Shown here one piece after another: positions 21,211-30,662 of a stretch of DNA of 41,067 bases. The number at the start of each line of letters is the position of its first letter. The stretch's first letter is position 1. Origin of the DNA: a virus (taxonomy: Duplodnaviria; Heunggongvirae; Uroviricota; Caudoviricetes); the IMG/VR virus record IMGVR_UViG_2541047898_000010; one strand, 5' to 3'. The translations under genes and the position numbers were made by a program. The notes below the pieces were generated by a model. The model was not told where the DNA came from, ran no database searches, and worked only from the letters and a program-made list of their open reading frames with translations.

Positions 21211-22623
21211 TTACCAACCGGAGGATGAGGGAACGTATATTTCTGTTTCTTCGCGGACCAATGCCGGGCAATGCATACACATCATCAGCGCATCAGCCAG
21301 GTTAGGAGATGGAATACCGAGCTTCTGCTTCATTTCGACCTTAGTCATAAGCTCCAGCTTCCCGTTATTATTGAATTTGCGCTGAATCTGCGTCAGTTCT
21401 GCAAACAGCTTCTCCAGCATCTTCTCGCCTATCGCTTCTTTGTCGAAACTCAGCATGTCGTCGGGGTCTGCATACTCACCGTGGACAACCGCCCGATATG
21501 TCAGATACAGCCTGTCAGCCAGCGCGTAATAGAATTGCGCTCGCTTATTGCGGAACACATCGCCAATAGTGCGAACGTTGTCGCCCTGTACGACTTCATC
21601 AGCCCATGCTCCGGCCTGATATGGTGCATCTTCATCGAATGGCGATTCACTGCCCTTGAACATCGTGGCGGTGATTTTCTTGCCGGAGAACGCTTCCGTT
21701 GTCTGTCTGCGTAGCCCCGCACCGACGCCATCACCATCCCACAGGTAATGGTCAGCGCCGTCTTCAATCGCCAGCGAAGTAGCCCAGTCAGCACCCTCGT
21801 TGATGTCCATCAGCAGACCTTCGGCAATGCGCTTAACCACCGAACCGTGACGCGACGCGTAACCTTTAGCATCTGGCCCTGTATCTGACGGGTCATGTGC
21901 AGAAACAACCGCGCCTTTCGCTTTCCATCCGAGTTTCTTGTGCGCATCGGTTGCGGCTTCAAGCCATTCACGTTTGATGATTGCCATATCACTTGCGCTT
22001 ACTGGCTCACCAAGCCAGATGTGACGATACAGTGTCGGATTTCTGCGTTTACACTCTTCCATCTCCAGACGGAGAACTTCAGGAAAGTGCGGGTTGTCGG
22101 TGTAGTTCACCGTCAGCAGACAAATATCATCGGGAGGATTTACAACGAATCGCTGATAGGTATCGTCGAGGATGTTCTTCGGGTTAAAGCTCACCCATAT
22201 TTCAGAGAACGGCTTACGGATGGTTGGGATCAGGATATCCCACGATTCCTTTGTTACCGCTTCCGCTTCTTCCACCCAGCAGATATCAATGCCTTCGAGC
22301 GATTTAATCTTCGTCGGGTTGTTTTTGATGCCGTAGAACATGAATTCAGCATTCGTTCCGAGATGACGAATCATGGAACGCTGAATTTCAAACTCAGCCG
22401 AATACCCTTCACGCTCTATGGTGTCTTCAAGCAACCGGATTACCGAATCGCTGATACTGTTTTGCAGTTCACGAGCGCAGAGAATACGCACTGGCTGACG
22501 ACGCGCCGCTTCAACAAGCAGCCTAGCAATTGCCCATGATTTACCGCTACCTCGACCGCCTTTGGCGACTTTGTAGCGATGCGCCTCAATGAACGGTTCA
22601 AAGATAGGATTAATCGAGGTCAT
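21211..22623 (-). CDS. Terminase large subunit
   Basis: 470 aa; N-terminal Walker A (VAKGGRGSGKS); overlaps TerS by 4 nt. Confidence 0.9.
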   Translation of the reverse strand: MTSINPIFEPFIEAHRYKVAKGGRGSGKSWAIARLLVEAARRQPVRILCARELQNSISDSVIRLLEDTIEREGYSAEFEIQRSMIRHLGTNAEFMFYGIKNNPTKIKSLEGIDICWVEEAEAVTKESWDILIPTIRKPFSEIWVSFNPKNILDDTYQRFVVNPPDDICLLTVNYTDNPHFPEVLRLEMEECKRRNPTLYRHIWLGEPVSASDMAIIKREWLEAATDAHKKLGWKAKGAVVSAHDPSDTGPDAKGYASRHGSVVKRIAEGLLMDINEGADWATSLAIEDGADHYLWDGDGVGAGLRRQTTEAFSGKKITATMFKGSESPFDEDAPYQAGAWADEVVQGDNVRTIGDVFRNKRAQFYYALADRLYLTYRAVVHGEYADPDDMLSFDKEAIGEKMLEKLFAELTQIQRKFNNNGKLELMTKVEMKQKLGIPSPNLADALMMCMHCPALVREETEIYVPSSSGW

Positions 22624-23060
22624 TTTCCGAACAGAGTGCTCATCGGTGATGTTTCAATCTGAATTGCGCCGCCGTCTTTGCCTGTTAGCTCGTGATCAAC
22701 CTTGTCGCGCCATTTATCCTTCTGTCGGTTCTTAAGCCAGAAGATGGCGGCTGTTGTATCAGGCGGGTAATACTTCTCAAGCGGAGTTTCGACAATTCTG
22801 TTTTCAATAACACGAATATCGATGTCTGGAGCCACGAAGCCCATAGCGCGTTGATAAAGACGATCACTAACTTCTGCATCAGCGACGGCCTTACCCTTTT
22901 TTATGGACTCCGAAAACTTAGGATAATCAAGCTTCCACTTGTTAATAGTTGACTCACTGACTTCAAAGAAATCAGCAAGTTCTGCGTCTGTATAGCCCAG
23001 CAAGCACAGTTTGCGTGCCTGTTCGGCGTACGCCTCTTGATACTTTGTTGGGCGCGCCAT
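22620..23060 (-). CDS. Terminase small subunit
   Basis: 146 aa, immediately upstream of TerL; HTH-like N-terminus. Confidence 0.75.
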   Translation of the reverse strand: MARPTKYQEAYAEQARKLCLLGYTDAELADFFEVSESTINKWKLDYPKFSESIKKGKAVADAEVSDRLYQRAMGFVAPDIDIRVIENRIVETPLEKYYPPDTTAAIFWLKNRQKDKWRDKVDHELTGKDGGAIQIETSPMSTLFGK

Positions 23061-23062
23061 GT

Positions 23063-23305
23063 TTATGCTCCGGTAGTGAACAGGTCTAACGCTTCCTTCG
23101 ATTTACGCACCGCTTCGATAGTGCGGGTCGTGATATCTGAATTAGCGCCACCTGACTGGAAGTGAATTTTGAATAGCTCAAGCTTCAACTCGTCAGTGCC
23201 GATGAATTGAAATGCTTCTTCTGCGGCTGCGTTCTGGTTCATGACCAGTTTGTAAATCTCTAACTGGAATTTCTGTTCTTCAGTCATGGGAATAATCTCT
23301 GCCAT
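23063..23305 (-). CDS. Hypothetical protein upstream of terminase genes
   Basis: 80 aa ORF ending 2 nt before TerS start. Confidence 0.45.
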   Translation of the reverse strand: MAEIIPMTEEQKFQLEIYKLVMNQNAAAEEAFQFIGTDELKLELFKIHFQSGGANSDITTRTIEAVRKSKEALDLFTTGA

Positions 23306-23657
23306 TGTTGGCTCCGTTTATCCGTTAAAAGGGATATCAGTTAAGTTATCCCGTGCAGGGTATAAGCCATTGTCGAGACCACTCATTGAATGGTCTCTGC
23401 AATAACCGATGTCTTTCCATCAGTCCGCCACCACAAAGAATCTTTTTTGCCATAAGGCTGGAGGTTCATCTTTCAGTGGCTGCCAGTGTTATTTCCCCAC
23501 TTTCTGGCTTGGGTTGTTTCGCTGTACTGCCGCAACTGGTGGTGCACAGATTTAGTTAAATCTGTTCTCGCCTGAACTATCTTTTACATACCCGGATTGT
23601 GGGGATGTAAATCACGGTTTCATTATCAAGCCCACCCGTAGATGAGCTTTGGAATGG

Positions 23658-24176
23658 TCACTTTGGCAGTCCGGGGATCGATATTTGCGCCTGCTGCTCA
23701 AGCCTTTCGATTCTTGCTATGAGTTGCGGTTTTTTGATCCTGCCCCAGCGGTTCAGCAAGCGTCCTGACATACTGGCAACATCCTTTTCCTTCATGAACT
23801 CCAGCATTAACTCGTTGTGCTCTCTTTGGTATGAGTGAGCCATCTCCATCAGCCTGTCACGCATCCAATTAAATGCTTTGATAAACGCCTCTTTGATGGC
23901 GGCAGCTTTTTTGCCGGTAAACGACATGATGATGTACATCGCGCCGTCTTTGGAAATTTCATATTCAACATACTGATTACCCTTGTGTTCATAGGTAACC
24001 CGCGAAAAGTTGCTGGTTAGAAATTCATCCGAACAGTCTAGCTTTTCGATTTTCTGAATGATGTGGTGATGCTGCTTGTCGAAGTAAGCTGCTACCTTGC
24101 GGGAGGTTGTGATCACGCGATCACCAGAAACAACCACCATGTCCCGGAAATCGAGATTAGCCAATTGATGATTCAT
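23658..24176 (-). CDS. rha: Rha-family phage regulatory protein
   Basis: Track ORF starts at GTG 24212; internal ATG at 24174-24176; N-terminal Rha-type domain; in P22 rha lies after the lysis genes. Confidence 0.7.
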   Translation of the reverse strand: MNHQLANLDFRDMVVVSGDRVITTSRKVAAYFDKQHHHIIQKIEKLDCSDEFLTSNFSRVTYEHKGNQYVEYEISKDGAMYIIMSFTGKKAAAIKEAFIKAFNWMRDRLMEMAHSYQREHNELMLEFMKEKDVASMSGRLLNRWGRIKKPQLIARIERLEQQAQISIPGLPK

Positions 24177-24317
24177 AGCGTCTTTACCTTTTAGAAAGTG
24201 AGCCTGTCTCACAGAAAAGCCGCCCGAGAGAGGTCGCCACCTATAACGGCATTTCTCAGGCTCGCTTACTGAAAGGCTCTCGTTAATATGCGCGTGAGAT
24301 GCGCTGTGAAATTCAGA

Positions 24318-24343
24318 TATAAAAAGCCCCGCGAATGCGAGGC
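24318..24343 (-). terminator. Intrinsic terminator-like hairpin downstream of Rz
   Basis: Minus strand gcctcgcattcgcggggc followed by ttttta. Confidence 0.45.
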
Positions 24344-24517
24344 TAAATCCTGGTATTTGTAATGACTGGCTCTTATCTCAACGCAGCCCCTTACCGCGCG
24401 CCAGATGCTCAATATCAAGCATCAGCAATGAGATGTTTAATCTGGATTCACTCCAGAAGTGATCATCACCCTGTCTACAGAGCCAGATGTGAAGGATGAT
24501 GAGTAAAATTATCGCTA

Positions 24518-24955
24518 TCATCGAAGGCATTGCGTCCTGATGTACTCCTGCAGGTAGTTAACCTGCGCGGTTATCCTGTCGATTCCACTTCGGAGACGGT
24601 AATAATTGAGTTCAGCATCTGCTGTAAGTCTTGGGCTTTCTCCATCGCCCATGCTGCTGGCTCCGGTCGTTGACTTTGCACAGGTGGCGGCGACTTGCAG
24701 GCGCTTACGACCAGCAGAAACATCAGCACGGAGACTTTCGATAGTCGCGTTAGCATCAGCAAGCTCCTTTGTGTATCTGGCGTCGAGTTCTGCTACATCA
24801 CGTTGACGCTTCTGCATGTCAGCGATGATGGATGTGGCTTTATCGCGCTGTTCTTTATAGGTAATGGCGTTATCACGGTAATGATTAACAGCCCATGACA
24901 GACAGACGATGATGCAGATAACCAGAGCGGAGATAATCGCGGTGACTCTGCTCAT
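24518..24955 (-). CDS. Rz: Rz i-spanin
   Basis: 145 aa; N-terminal TM helix then coiled-coil periplasmic domain; follows endolysin. Confidence 0.85.
   Translation of the reverse strand: MSRVTAIISALVICIIVCLSWAVNHYRDNAITYKEQRDKATSIIADMQKRQRDVAELDARYTKELADANATIESLRADVSAGRKRLQVAATCAKSTTGASSMGDGESPRLTADAELNYYRLRSGIDRITAQVNYLQEYIRTQCLR
24571..24756 (-). CDS. Rz1: Rz1 o-spanin lipoprotein embedded in Rz
   Basis: +1 frame inside Rz; ATG at 24754-24756; lipobox-like LVVSAC; proline-rich. Confidence 0.75.
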   Translation of the reverse strand: MLTRLSKVSVLMFLLVVSACKSPPPVQSQRPEPAAWAMEKAQDLQQMLNSIITVSEVESTG

Positions 24956-25428
24956 ACCTCAATCTCTCTGACCGTTCCGCCAGCCTCTTTGAATTTTGCA
25001 ATCAGGCTGTCAGCCTTATGCTCGAACTGACCATAACCAGCGCCCGGCAGTGAAGCCCAGATATTGCTGCAACGGTCAATTGCCTGACGAATATCACCAC
25101 GATCAATCATCGGCAAAGCGCCACGCTCCTTAATCTGCTGCAATGCCACAGCGTCCTGGCTTTTCGGAGAGAAGTCTTTCAGGCCAAGCTGCTTACGGTA
25201 GGCATCCCACCAACGGGAAAGAAGCTGGTAACGTCCGGCGGCTGTTGATTTGAGTTTGGGGTTTAGCGTGACAAGTTTGCGAGGGTGATCGGAGTAATCA
25301 GTGAATAGCTCTCCGCCTACAATGACGTCATAACCATTATTTTTGGTTTTCTGACGTCCGTTATCAGTTCCCTCCGACCACGCCAGCATATCGAGGAACG
25401 CCTTACGTTGATTATTGATTTCCACCAT
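24952..25428 (-). CDS. R: Endolysin, lambda R-type lytic transglycosylase
   Basis: 158 aa; [24 protein letters not shown]... nearly identical to lambda R. Confidence 0.9.
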   Translation of the reverse strand: MVEINNQRKAFLDMLAWSEGTDNGRQKTKNNGYDVIVGGELFTDYSDHPRKLVTLNPKLKSTAAGRYQLLSRWWDAYRKQLGLKDFSPKSQDAVALQQIKERGALPMIDRGDIRQAIDRCSNIWASLPGAGYGQFEHKADSLIAKFKEAGGTVREIEV

Positions 25429-25735
25429 CTTCTACTCCGGCTTTTTTAGCAGCGAAGCGTTTGATAAGCGAACCAATCGAGTCAGTACCGATGTAGCCGA
25501 TGAACACGCTCGTTATATAAGCGAGATTGCTACTTAGTCCGGCGAAGTCGAGAAGGTCACGAATGAACCAGGCGATAATGGCGCACATCGTTGCGTCGAT
25601 TACTGTTTTTGTAAACGCACCGCCATTATATCTGCCGCGAAGGTACGCCATTGCAAACGCAAGGATTGCCCCGATGCCTTGTTCCTTTGCCGCGAGAATC
25701 GCGGCTAACAGGTCATGTTTTTCTGGCATCTTCAT
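25412..25735 (-). CDS. S: Holin / antiholin, lambda S-type
   Basis: 107 aa; [20 protein letters not shown]... with dual-start Met1/Met3. Confidence 0.9.
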   Translation of the reverse strand: MKMPEKHDLLAAILAAKEQGIGAILAFAMAYLRGRYNGGAFTKTVIDATMCAIIAWFIRDLLDFAGLSSNLAYITSVFIGYIGTDSIGSLIKRFAAKKAGVEDGGNQ

Positions 25736-26183
25736 GTCTTACCCCCAATAAGGGGATTTGCTCTATTTAATTAGGAATAAGGTCGATTACTGATAGAACA
25801 AATCCAGGCTACTGTGTTTAGTAATCAGATTTGTTCGTGACCGATATGCACGGGCAAAACGGCAGGAGGTTGTTAGCGCGACCTCCTGCCACCCGCTTTC
25901 ACGAAGATCATGTGTAGAAGGCAGCAGCGTAACTATCACTGATGAATTCAGGATAGCCAGTGGCTACGGCTCAGTTTGGGTTGTGGCGGCCGGAATCGAA
26001 CCGGCTTCCATCGGTGCGCTGCCGATTGCAGTACGCGCGGCGGTCAGCTACATGACTAGTATTTTCACTGTCGCCTATCTGCTAGCTCGCCATTGAGCTT
26101 CACCACAACGATAAGAGCACTGCGCGGCACCTTTCACCAATTCCGCGAGGTCTGCGGGTTCAATGCTCTTACCTGTTGCACAG

Positions 26184-26262
26184 ATATAAAAAATCCCGAA
26201 ACCGTTATGCAGGCTCTAACTATTACCTGCGAACTGTTTCGGGATTGCATTTTGCAGACCTC
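26184..26262 (-). terminator. tR'-like terminator of the short late leader RNA
   Basis: Minus strand atcccgaaac...gtttcgggat + TTTTTTAT, lambda-like. Confidence 0.6.
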
Positions 26263-26379
26263 TCAGCCTGCGATGGTTGGAGTTCCAGACGATACGTCGA
26301 AGTGACCAACTAGGCGGAATCGGTAGTAAGCGCCGCCTCTTTTTATCTCACTACCACAACGAGCGAATTAACCCATCGT

Positions 26380-26416
26380 TGGGTCAAATTTACCCAACTT
26401 TATTCAAAAAGTCAAT
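26380..26416 (-). promoter_or_regulatory. Late promoter PR'-like with qut region
   Basis: Minus strand TTGACT-17 nt-TAAATT (plus 26410-26415 and 26387-26392); matches lambda PR' from memory; just downstream of Q. Confidence 0.7.
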
Positions 26417-26457
26417 ATCATGCCGTTAATATGTTGCCATCCGTGGCAATCATGCTG

Positions 26458-27081
26458 CTAACGTGTGACCGCGTTCAAAATGTTGTCTGCGATTGACTCT
26501 TCCTTGTGGCATTGCACCACCAGAGCGTCATACAGCGGCTTAACAGTTCGTGACCAGGTGGGTTGGGTAAGGTTGGGGATTAGCATCGTTACAGCGCGAT
26601 ATGCGGCGCTTGCTGGCATCCTAGAATAGCCGACGCCTTTGCATCTTCCGCACTCTTTCTCGACAACTCTCCCCCACTGCTCTGTTTTGGCAATATCAAC
26701 GGCCCGGCCAGTACCGTGGCAATCTCTGCATCTTGCGCCCGGTGTCGCGGCACTACGGCAATAATCCGCATAAGCGAATGTTGCGAGCACTTGCAGTACC
26801 TTCGCCTTAGTATTTCCTTCGAGCTTTGCCACACCACGGTATTTCCCCGATACCTTGTGTGCAAATTGCATCAGATAGTTGATAGCCTTTTGTTTGTCGT
26901 TCTGGCTGAGTTCATGCTTACCGCAGAATGCAGCCATTCCGAATCCGGCTTGTGATTGCGCCATCCCCATGGCAGCCATCACATCAGTACCGGAAAGAGA
27001 GTCAGAAGCCGTGGCCCGTGGTGAGTCGCTCATCATCGGGCTTTTTGGCGAATGAAATTTAGCTACGCTTTCGAGTCTCAT
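26458..27081 (-). CDS. Q: Late antiterminator Q (lambda type)
   Basis: 207 aa; zinc-finger CRDCHGTG...CGRCKGVG; near identical to lambda Q. Confidence 0.9.
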   Translation of the reverse strand: MRLESVAKFHSPKSPMMSDSPRATASDSLSGTDVMAAMGMAQSQAGFGMAAFCGKHELSQNDKQKAINYLMQFAHKVSGKYRGVAKLEGNTKAKVLQVLATFAYADYCRSAATPGARCRDCHGTGRAVDIAKTEQWGRVVEKECGRCKGVGYSRMPASAAYRAVTMLIPNLTQPTWSRTVKPLYDALVVQCHKEESIADNILNAVTR

Positions 27082-27266
27082 CGTCTCCCCCTCTTGCCCT
27101 GTTTGACCATCAGGACGCCGTTAACTATTACGTGACGTTCGCCTTTGCTGTCTCGGTTGTACTTGAGCACCGTTCCTCTTGCGCAGGAAAGCATCCTCGC
27201 CACTTCGGTCTGATTGCCTCGTGTCTGGATAAGAAGCTCTGGTATCGTTTGAATTGTGGCGTTCAT
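27078..27266 (-). CDS. ninH: NinH-like protein
   Basis: 62 aa; GNQTEVARMLSCARGTVLKY HTH-like; ATGA overlap with Q. Confidence 0.6.
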   Translation of the reverse strand: MNATIQTIPELLIQTRGNQTEVARMLSCARGTVLKYNRDSKGERHVIVNGVLMVKQGKRGRR

Positions 27267-27625
27267 ACGTTCTCCAGTTCGGTGATTTTTATTCCAAGCC
27301 TTCCGCCTGGTACTTTCACGCCACGAATTACGCGAATGTCATCGAATTGCTCGTCGTCTTCCGCAAATCCGGCGTGGATAAGGGAGTCGAGTAAACCTTT
27401 CAGGATGTTGTCGAGGTCGCGGCGGCGGGAGTCTGGAACGTCTGCGATGACTTTGATACGGAGTCGTGATTTGGTGAAAATGTCTAACTTGAGTTGGCGG
27501 ATGATTTGCTGAACGTCTTTTCGGTATTTCTGGCCTTTATCGCTGATGTAGTATTGGCTTCCCCGTCTTCGCCAGTAGGTGTTCAGCGACGGCGGATATG
27601 GAAGCACAAACTGATATTCGTTCAT
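27263..27625 (-). CDS. rusA: RusA-family Holliday junction resolvase
   Basis: 120 aa; LPYPPSLNTYWRRRG...RRRDLDN motifs. Confidence 0.8.
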   Translation of the reverse strand: MNEYQFVLPYPPSLNTYWRRRGSQYYISDKGQKYRKDVQQIIRQLKLDIFTKSRLRIKVIADVPDSRRRDLDNILKGLLDSLIHAGFAEDDEQFDDIRVIRGVKVPGGRLGIKITELENV

Positions 27626-27912
27626 GGCTTAATCTTCCCCTCCTTCAGCAGTATCGACTGCGTCCTGATCACGCCTTCGAGGTGGTAAAGTCTGGCGTCT
27701 TTGTTGTCGATATTATGGGTGCGTCGGTCGATTTCATCGTGACACGCGCTACAAGCCCATGCGCCGATCAGGTCGTCAGGCTTCATTCCCGTTCCGCAAA
27801 TTCCAGCCATCCTGTAATGTGCCAGAACTGTAGTTTCAGGATTACCATTGCATATTCCGTAAATACGTACCTGGCATTCTCTGCCGCGTGCTTCTTTGCG
27901 TAGGTTAGCCAT
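27622..27912 (-). CDS. Cys-rich nin-region protein (DUF1364/YbcO-like)
   Basis: 96 aa with several Cys/His (CQVRIYGICNG...CSACHDEIDRRTH). Confidence 0.5.
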   Translation of the reverse strand: MANLRKEARGRECQVRIYGICNGNPETTVLAHYRMAGICGTGMKPDDLIGAWACSACHDEIDRRTHNIDNKDARLYHLEGVIRTQSILLKEGKIKP

Positions 27913-28181
27913 TATGGTTCACTCCAGTAATTCTCAATTGCAGCAGCCATTCTCTGCATCCACTCAGCCAGCTTTAACGCTGCTTCTCTTTCAGAACCAC
28001 ATTTAGGGAAATCCTTCATTTCCATGCTGGCCTTATATGTTCTGAATGCCAGGTCTCCGGTAATAACCAACTCCTGATCAAGCACCGAGCGTTTATTCCG
28101 GTGTTGAACGTAATAGACAGATTCAGTCCGCATTTCTTCTCTGTCTTTTTTGAAGGAAATAAGCTCAGAGAAATCACTCAT
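27912..28181 (-). CDS. Hypothetical nin-region protein
   Basis: 89 aa ORF, overlapping neighbours. Confidence 0.45.
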   Translation of the reverse strand: MSDFSELISFKKDREEMRTESVYYVQHRNKRSVLDQELVITGDLAFRTYKASMEMKDFPKCGSEREAALKLAEWMQRMAAAIENYWSEP

Positions 28182-28350
28182 CGTCTTCTTCCTCGTACAT
28201 TGAACTATTCGGATCGCTCATCAGTTCTGCGCAGCAATCGGCGCACACGTGAACTTCCAGCACATGCAGCTTCTGACCGCAGTTAGCGCACGTTAAAGCC
28301 CGCTCGACGCTTTCTTTCTGGTATTGAATGGATTGGGATGGGCTAAGCAT
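28174..28350 (-). CDS. ninF: NinF-like small zinc-ribbon protein (not in ORF track, 58 codons)
   Basis: Hand translation [58 protein letters not shown]; resembles lambda NinF. Confidence 0.55.
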   Translation of the reverse strand: MLSPSQSIQYQKESVERALTCANCGQKLHVLEVHVCADCCAELMSDPNSSMYEEEDDE

Positions 28351-28708
28351 TATTGGCGTCCTGCATCATGAGAAAGACAATCATGGCAGCGCGGAGTGGG
28401 TTTTCATCTTGAGTCATATGATATGGGGTACTATCACTGCCAACTTTTCTATGCGCTGCCTTCCATAATCCATTTTCTGGCGCTGGAATAATGCCAATTC
28501 TGTTCTCTACGATAATCGGCTCTGCGTCTGATGGGCTTTTACAGTAATCAACCGTTTTTATTGCATAACCAGTTTCGTCATCCCACTCAACACCAACGAT
28601 TGATGTTCCCAACTTTGCGATTTCGCAATCTTCGGGAGCAAATCCACAGCAAATTGCCACTCGCTTGTTAATTTCAAAATCACTTAACTGTGAATAATCC
28701 ATTGTCAT
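28343..28708 (-). CDS. Hypothetical nin-region protein
   Basis: Internal ATG 28706-28708 directly after ninE stop; 121 aa. Confidence 0.45.
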   Translation of the reverse strand: MTMDYSQLSDFEINKRVAICCGFAPEDCEIAKLGTSIVGVEWDDETGYAIKTVDYCKSPSDAEPIIVENRIGIIPAPENGLWKAAHRKVGSDSTPYHMTQDENPLRAAMIVFLMMQDANNA

Positions 28709-28881
28709 TTCCTCGCACGATGTCTTAGCCACCGGATATCCCACAGGTGAGCCGTGTAGTTGAAGGTTTTTACGTCAGATTCTTTTGGGATTGGCTTGCG
28801 TTTATTTCTGGAGCGTTTCGTTGGAAGGTATTTGCAGTTTTCGCAGATTATGTCGGTGATGCTTCGTCGCTGTCGCCTCAT
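28705..28881 (-). CDS. ninE: NinE-like protein
   Basis: 58 aa [25 protein letters not shown]...; ATGA overlap with methyltransferase stop. Confidence 0.55.
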   Translation of the reverse strand: MRRQRRSITDIICENCKYLPTKRSRNKRKPIPKESDVKTFNYTAHLWDIRWLRHRARK

Positions 28882-29405
28882 GCAGCCCTCCTGACGCCCT
28901 GCCCGATCGCCATCAATGCCGCTTTGGATACGGTAGTAAACATCCGTCGAGGGCTGATGAACGGTCGCCAAATCAGCAGCATGGAGCCTTTGCTGCTTCC
29001 CTTCTTCTCCAGCCCTGTCGATGGTTCGATAAAATTAATCCGCCCATCAGTGATGATGCGAACTTCGTCAACGCTATCCAGAGCCTTGCTGAACCATCCG
29101 ACTGACATATCCTCTGGCACAAGCATCACTACCGTCTGTCGCTGTTGTATGCACTGCTCAGCGGCTTTTTCCACCCACGGCCTGATATTGCTATACGGTG
29201 GGTTATTCCAGATTGCACCGTGGCTTATCCACTCAGAATTTAGCGCGTCGTCGGCCTCAGTTAACCAGTGAGCGCACAGAGCATTTTTGTCGCTCGCTGC
29301 CGAATCCAGCCAGAATCCAAACTCAATATCCAGTGCATCAAAAAGCCAAAGCGGCGTTTGCCAGCAGTCCTTGTCGTGTGCTGGCGTATTTGATTTGATA
29401 GTCAT
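28878..29405 (-). CDS. DNA N6-adenine methyltransferase (phage Dam-like, NPPY motif)
   Basis: ATG 29403-29405 overlaps ninB stop (ATGA); [12 protein letters not shown]...IWNNPPYSN motif. Confidence 0.75.
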   Translation of the reverse strand: MTIKSNTPAHDKDCWQTPLWLFDALDIEFGFWLDSAASDKNALCAHWLTEADDALNSEWISHGAIWNNPPYSNIRPWVEKAAEQCIQQRQTVVMLVPEDMSVGWFSKALDSVDEVRIITDGRINFIEPSTGLEKKGSSKGSMLLIWRPFISPRRMFTTVSKAALMAIGQGVRRAA

Positions 29406-29842
29406 GCAGCCCGATCTCCCCATCGCGCTTTCCACTCCAGAGCCAGTCGCGCTTCGTCTGACCACTTAACGCCACGCTCTGTACCGAATGCCTGTATAAG
29501 CTCTAATAGCTCCGCAAATTCGCCTACACGCATCCTGCTGGTTGACTGGCCTATTACCACAAAGCCATTCCCGGCAAGGTTAGGAACAACATCCTGCTGC
29601 TTTAATGCTGCGGTAAACACACACTTCCAGCTTTCTGCATCCAGCCAGCGACCATGCCATTCAACCTGACGAGAGACGTCACCAAGGCAAGCCCAAAGCT
29701 TTCGATTCTGGTCTAAGCTGCGGTTGCGTTCCTGGATGGTCACTACGATTGGTTTGGTTGGGTCTGGAAGAATTTGCTGTATCGCGTGAATAGCGTTTTG
29801 CTGATGAATGGGGCTTCTTAGTTCAAACGTTAGTTTCCTCAT
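29402..29842 (-). CDS. ninB: NinB (Orf) recombination mediator
   Basis: 146 aa; near identical to lambda NinB. Confidence 0.85.
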   Translation of the reverse strand: MRKLTFELRSPIHQQNAIHAIQQILPDPTKPIVVTIQERNRSLDQNRKLWACLGDVSRQVEWHGRWLDAESWKCVFTAALKQQDVVPNLAGNGFVVIGQSTSRMRVGEFAELLELIQAFGTERGVKWSDEARLALEWKARWGDRAA

Positions 29843-30077
29843 TGCTCACCTTCTGCACGCATGGATTAATTAACGCCAAAATAGCTTCTGGTTTCTCAAT
29901 AACATCGAACCGCTCACCACTTGCCATTCTTACAATCGTAATCCCGGCCTCAAATAGGGTTTCGATGTTGTCAGAGTTAACGTACAAGGGCTCATATGCA
30001 CTTCTGGTGCTTTCTATCACGCCTGTGCTTGGTGGCTGATAGATGCTGCATTGCATGGTTAATTTTATAAATGGCAT
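29823..30077 (-). CDS. Hypothetical protein
   Basis: 84 aa; ATG 30075-30077 preceded by AAGGAG. Confidence 0.45.
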   Translation of the reverse strand: MPFIKLTMQCSIYQPPSTGVIESTRSAYEPLYVNSDNIETLFEAGITIVRMASGERFDVIEKPEAILALINPCVQKVSNEETNV

Positions 30078-30081
30078 ATAC

Positions 30082-30366
30082 TCACTCCTTCACTTTGACT
30101 CCAGCAGCGCGGATGGCGCTCTGCACCTCGCTTACATACAGATATGGGGTTCGCCCACTATGCATGGTAAAGCTTTCAGGAAGCTCAATCTCGATAGCTG
30201 CTCGCGATGCCTGCCATAAAGCCCACCACTCATTTAAGGAGTGACGAATATCCATGCTTGAAAATGCGAAGTACCTATCACCATTTCTTGCCTCGGTTAT
30301 CATCTCGAATGGTAATCTCAATTTTTTGGCAACGTATTCCTCAAACTTCTTTCTTGATTCGTCCAT
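30082..30366 (-). CDS. Hypothetical protein
   Basis: 94 aa ORF in operon context. Confidence 0.45.
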   Translation of the reverse strand: MDESRKKFEEYVAKKLRLPFEMITEARNGDRYFAFSSMDIRHSLNEWWALWQASRAAIEIELPESFTMHSGRTPYLYVSEVQSAIRAAGVKVKE

Positions 30367-30383
30367 CGGTACTTACCCTCAGT

Positions 30384-30590
30384 TCAACTCACAAAACGCC
30401 ACGCCATTTTTGCTACAGCGACAGGCATAACACCGATAATCACCCAGACAAATGCAGCGCCAAACAACGTATACCATGGATCTTTACCGTCATTCACAAG
30501 ACGAATGTAGCTATGCAGAACAATAAAAAACGTAAGAAGAATCCATCCAACGCCAACGCATTTGAGTGCGACGAGCATAAACTTAACCAC
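30384..30590 (-). CDS. Small two-helix membrane protein
   Basis: 68 aa, two hydrophobic segments. Confidence 0.4.
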   Translation of the reverse strand: MVKFMLVALKCVGVGWILLTFFIVLHSYIRLVNDGKDPWYTLFGAAFVWVIIGVMPVAVAKMAWRFVS

Positions 30591-30662
30591 GATTTACTCT
30601 CCCCCAAATAAAAAGGCCTGCGATTACCAGCAGGCCTGTTATTAGCTCAGTGATGTAGATGG

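Noticed and set aside
23306-23657. Non-coding gap between the 80-aa ORF and rha, including plus-strand ORF 23353-23559
   Set aside because: No RBS or recognisable protein features for the ORF; region more likely regulatory, but I could not identify a defined element
25960-26110. Possible intact tRNA gene between PR' and S
   Set aside because: Only a T-arm and acceptor-like 3' segment are present; no D-arm or anticodon arm could be folded at normal tRNA length, so not called as a tRNA gene
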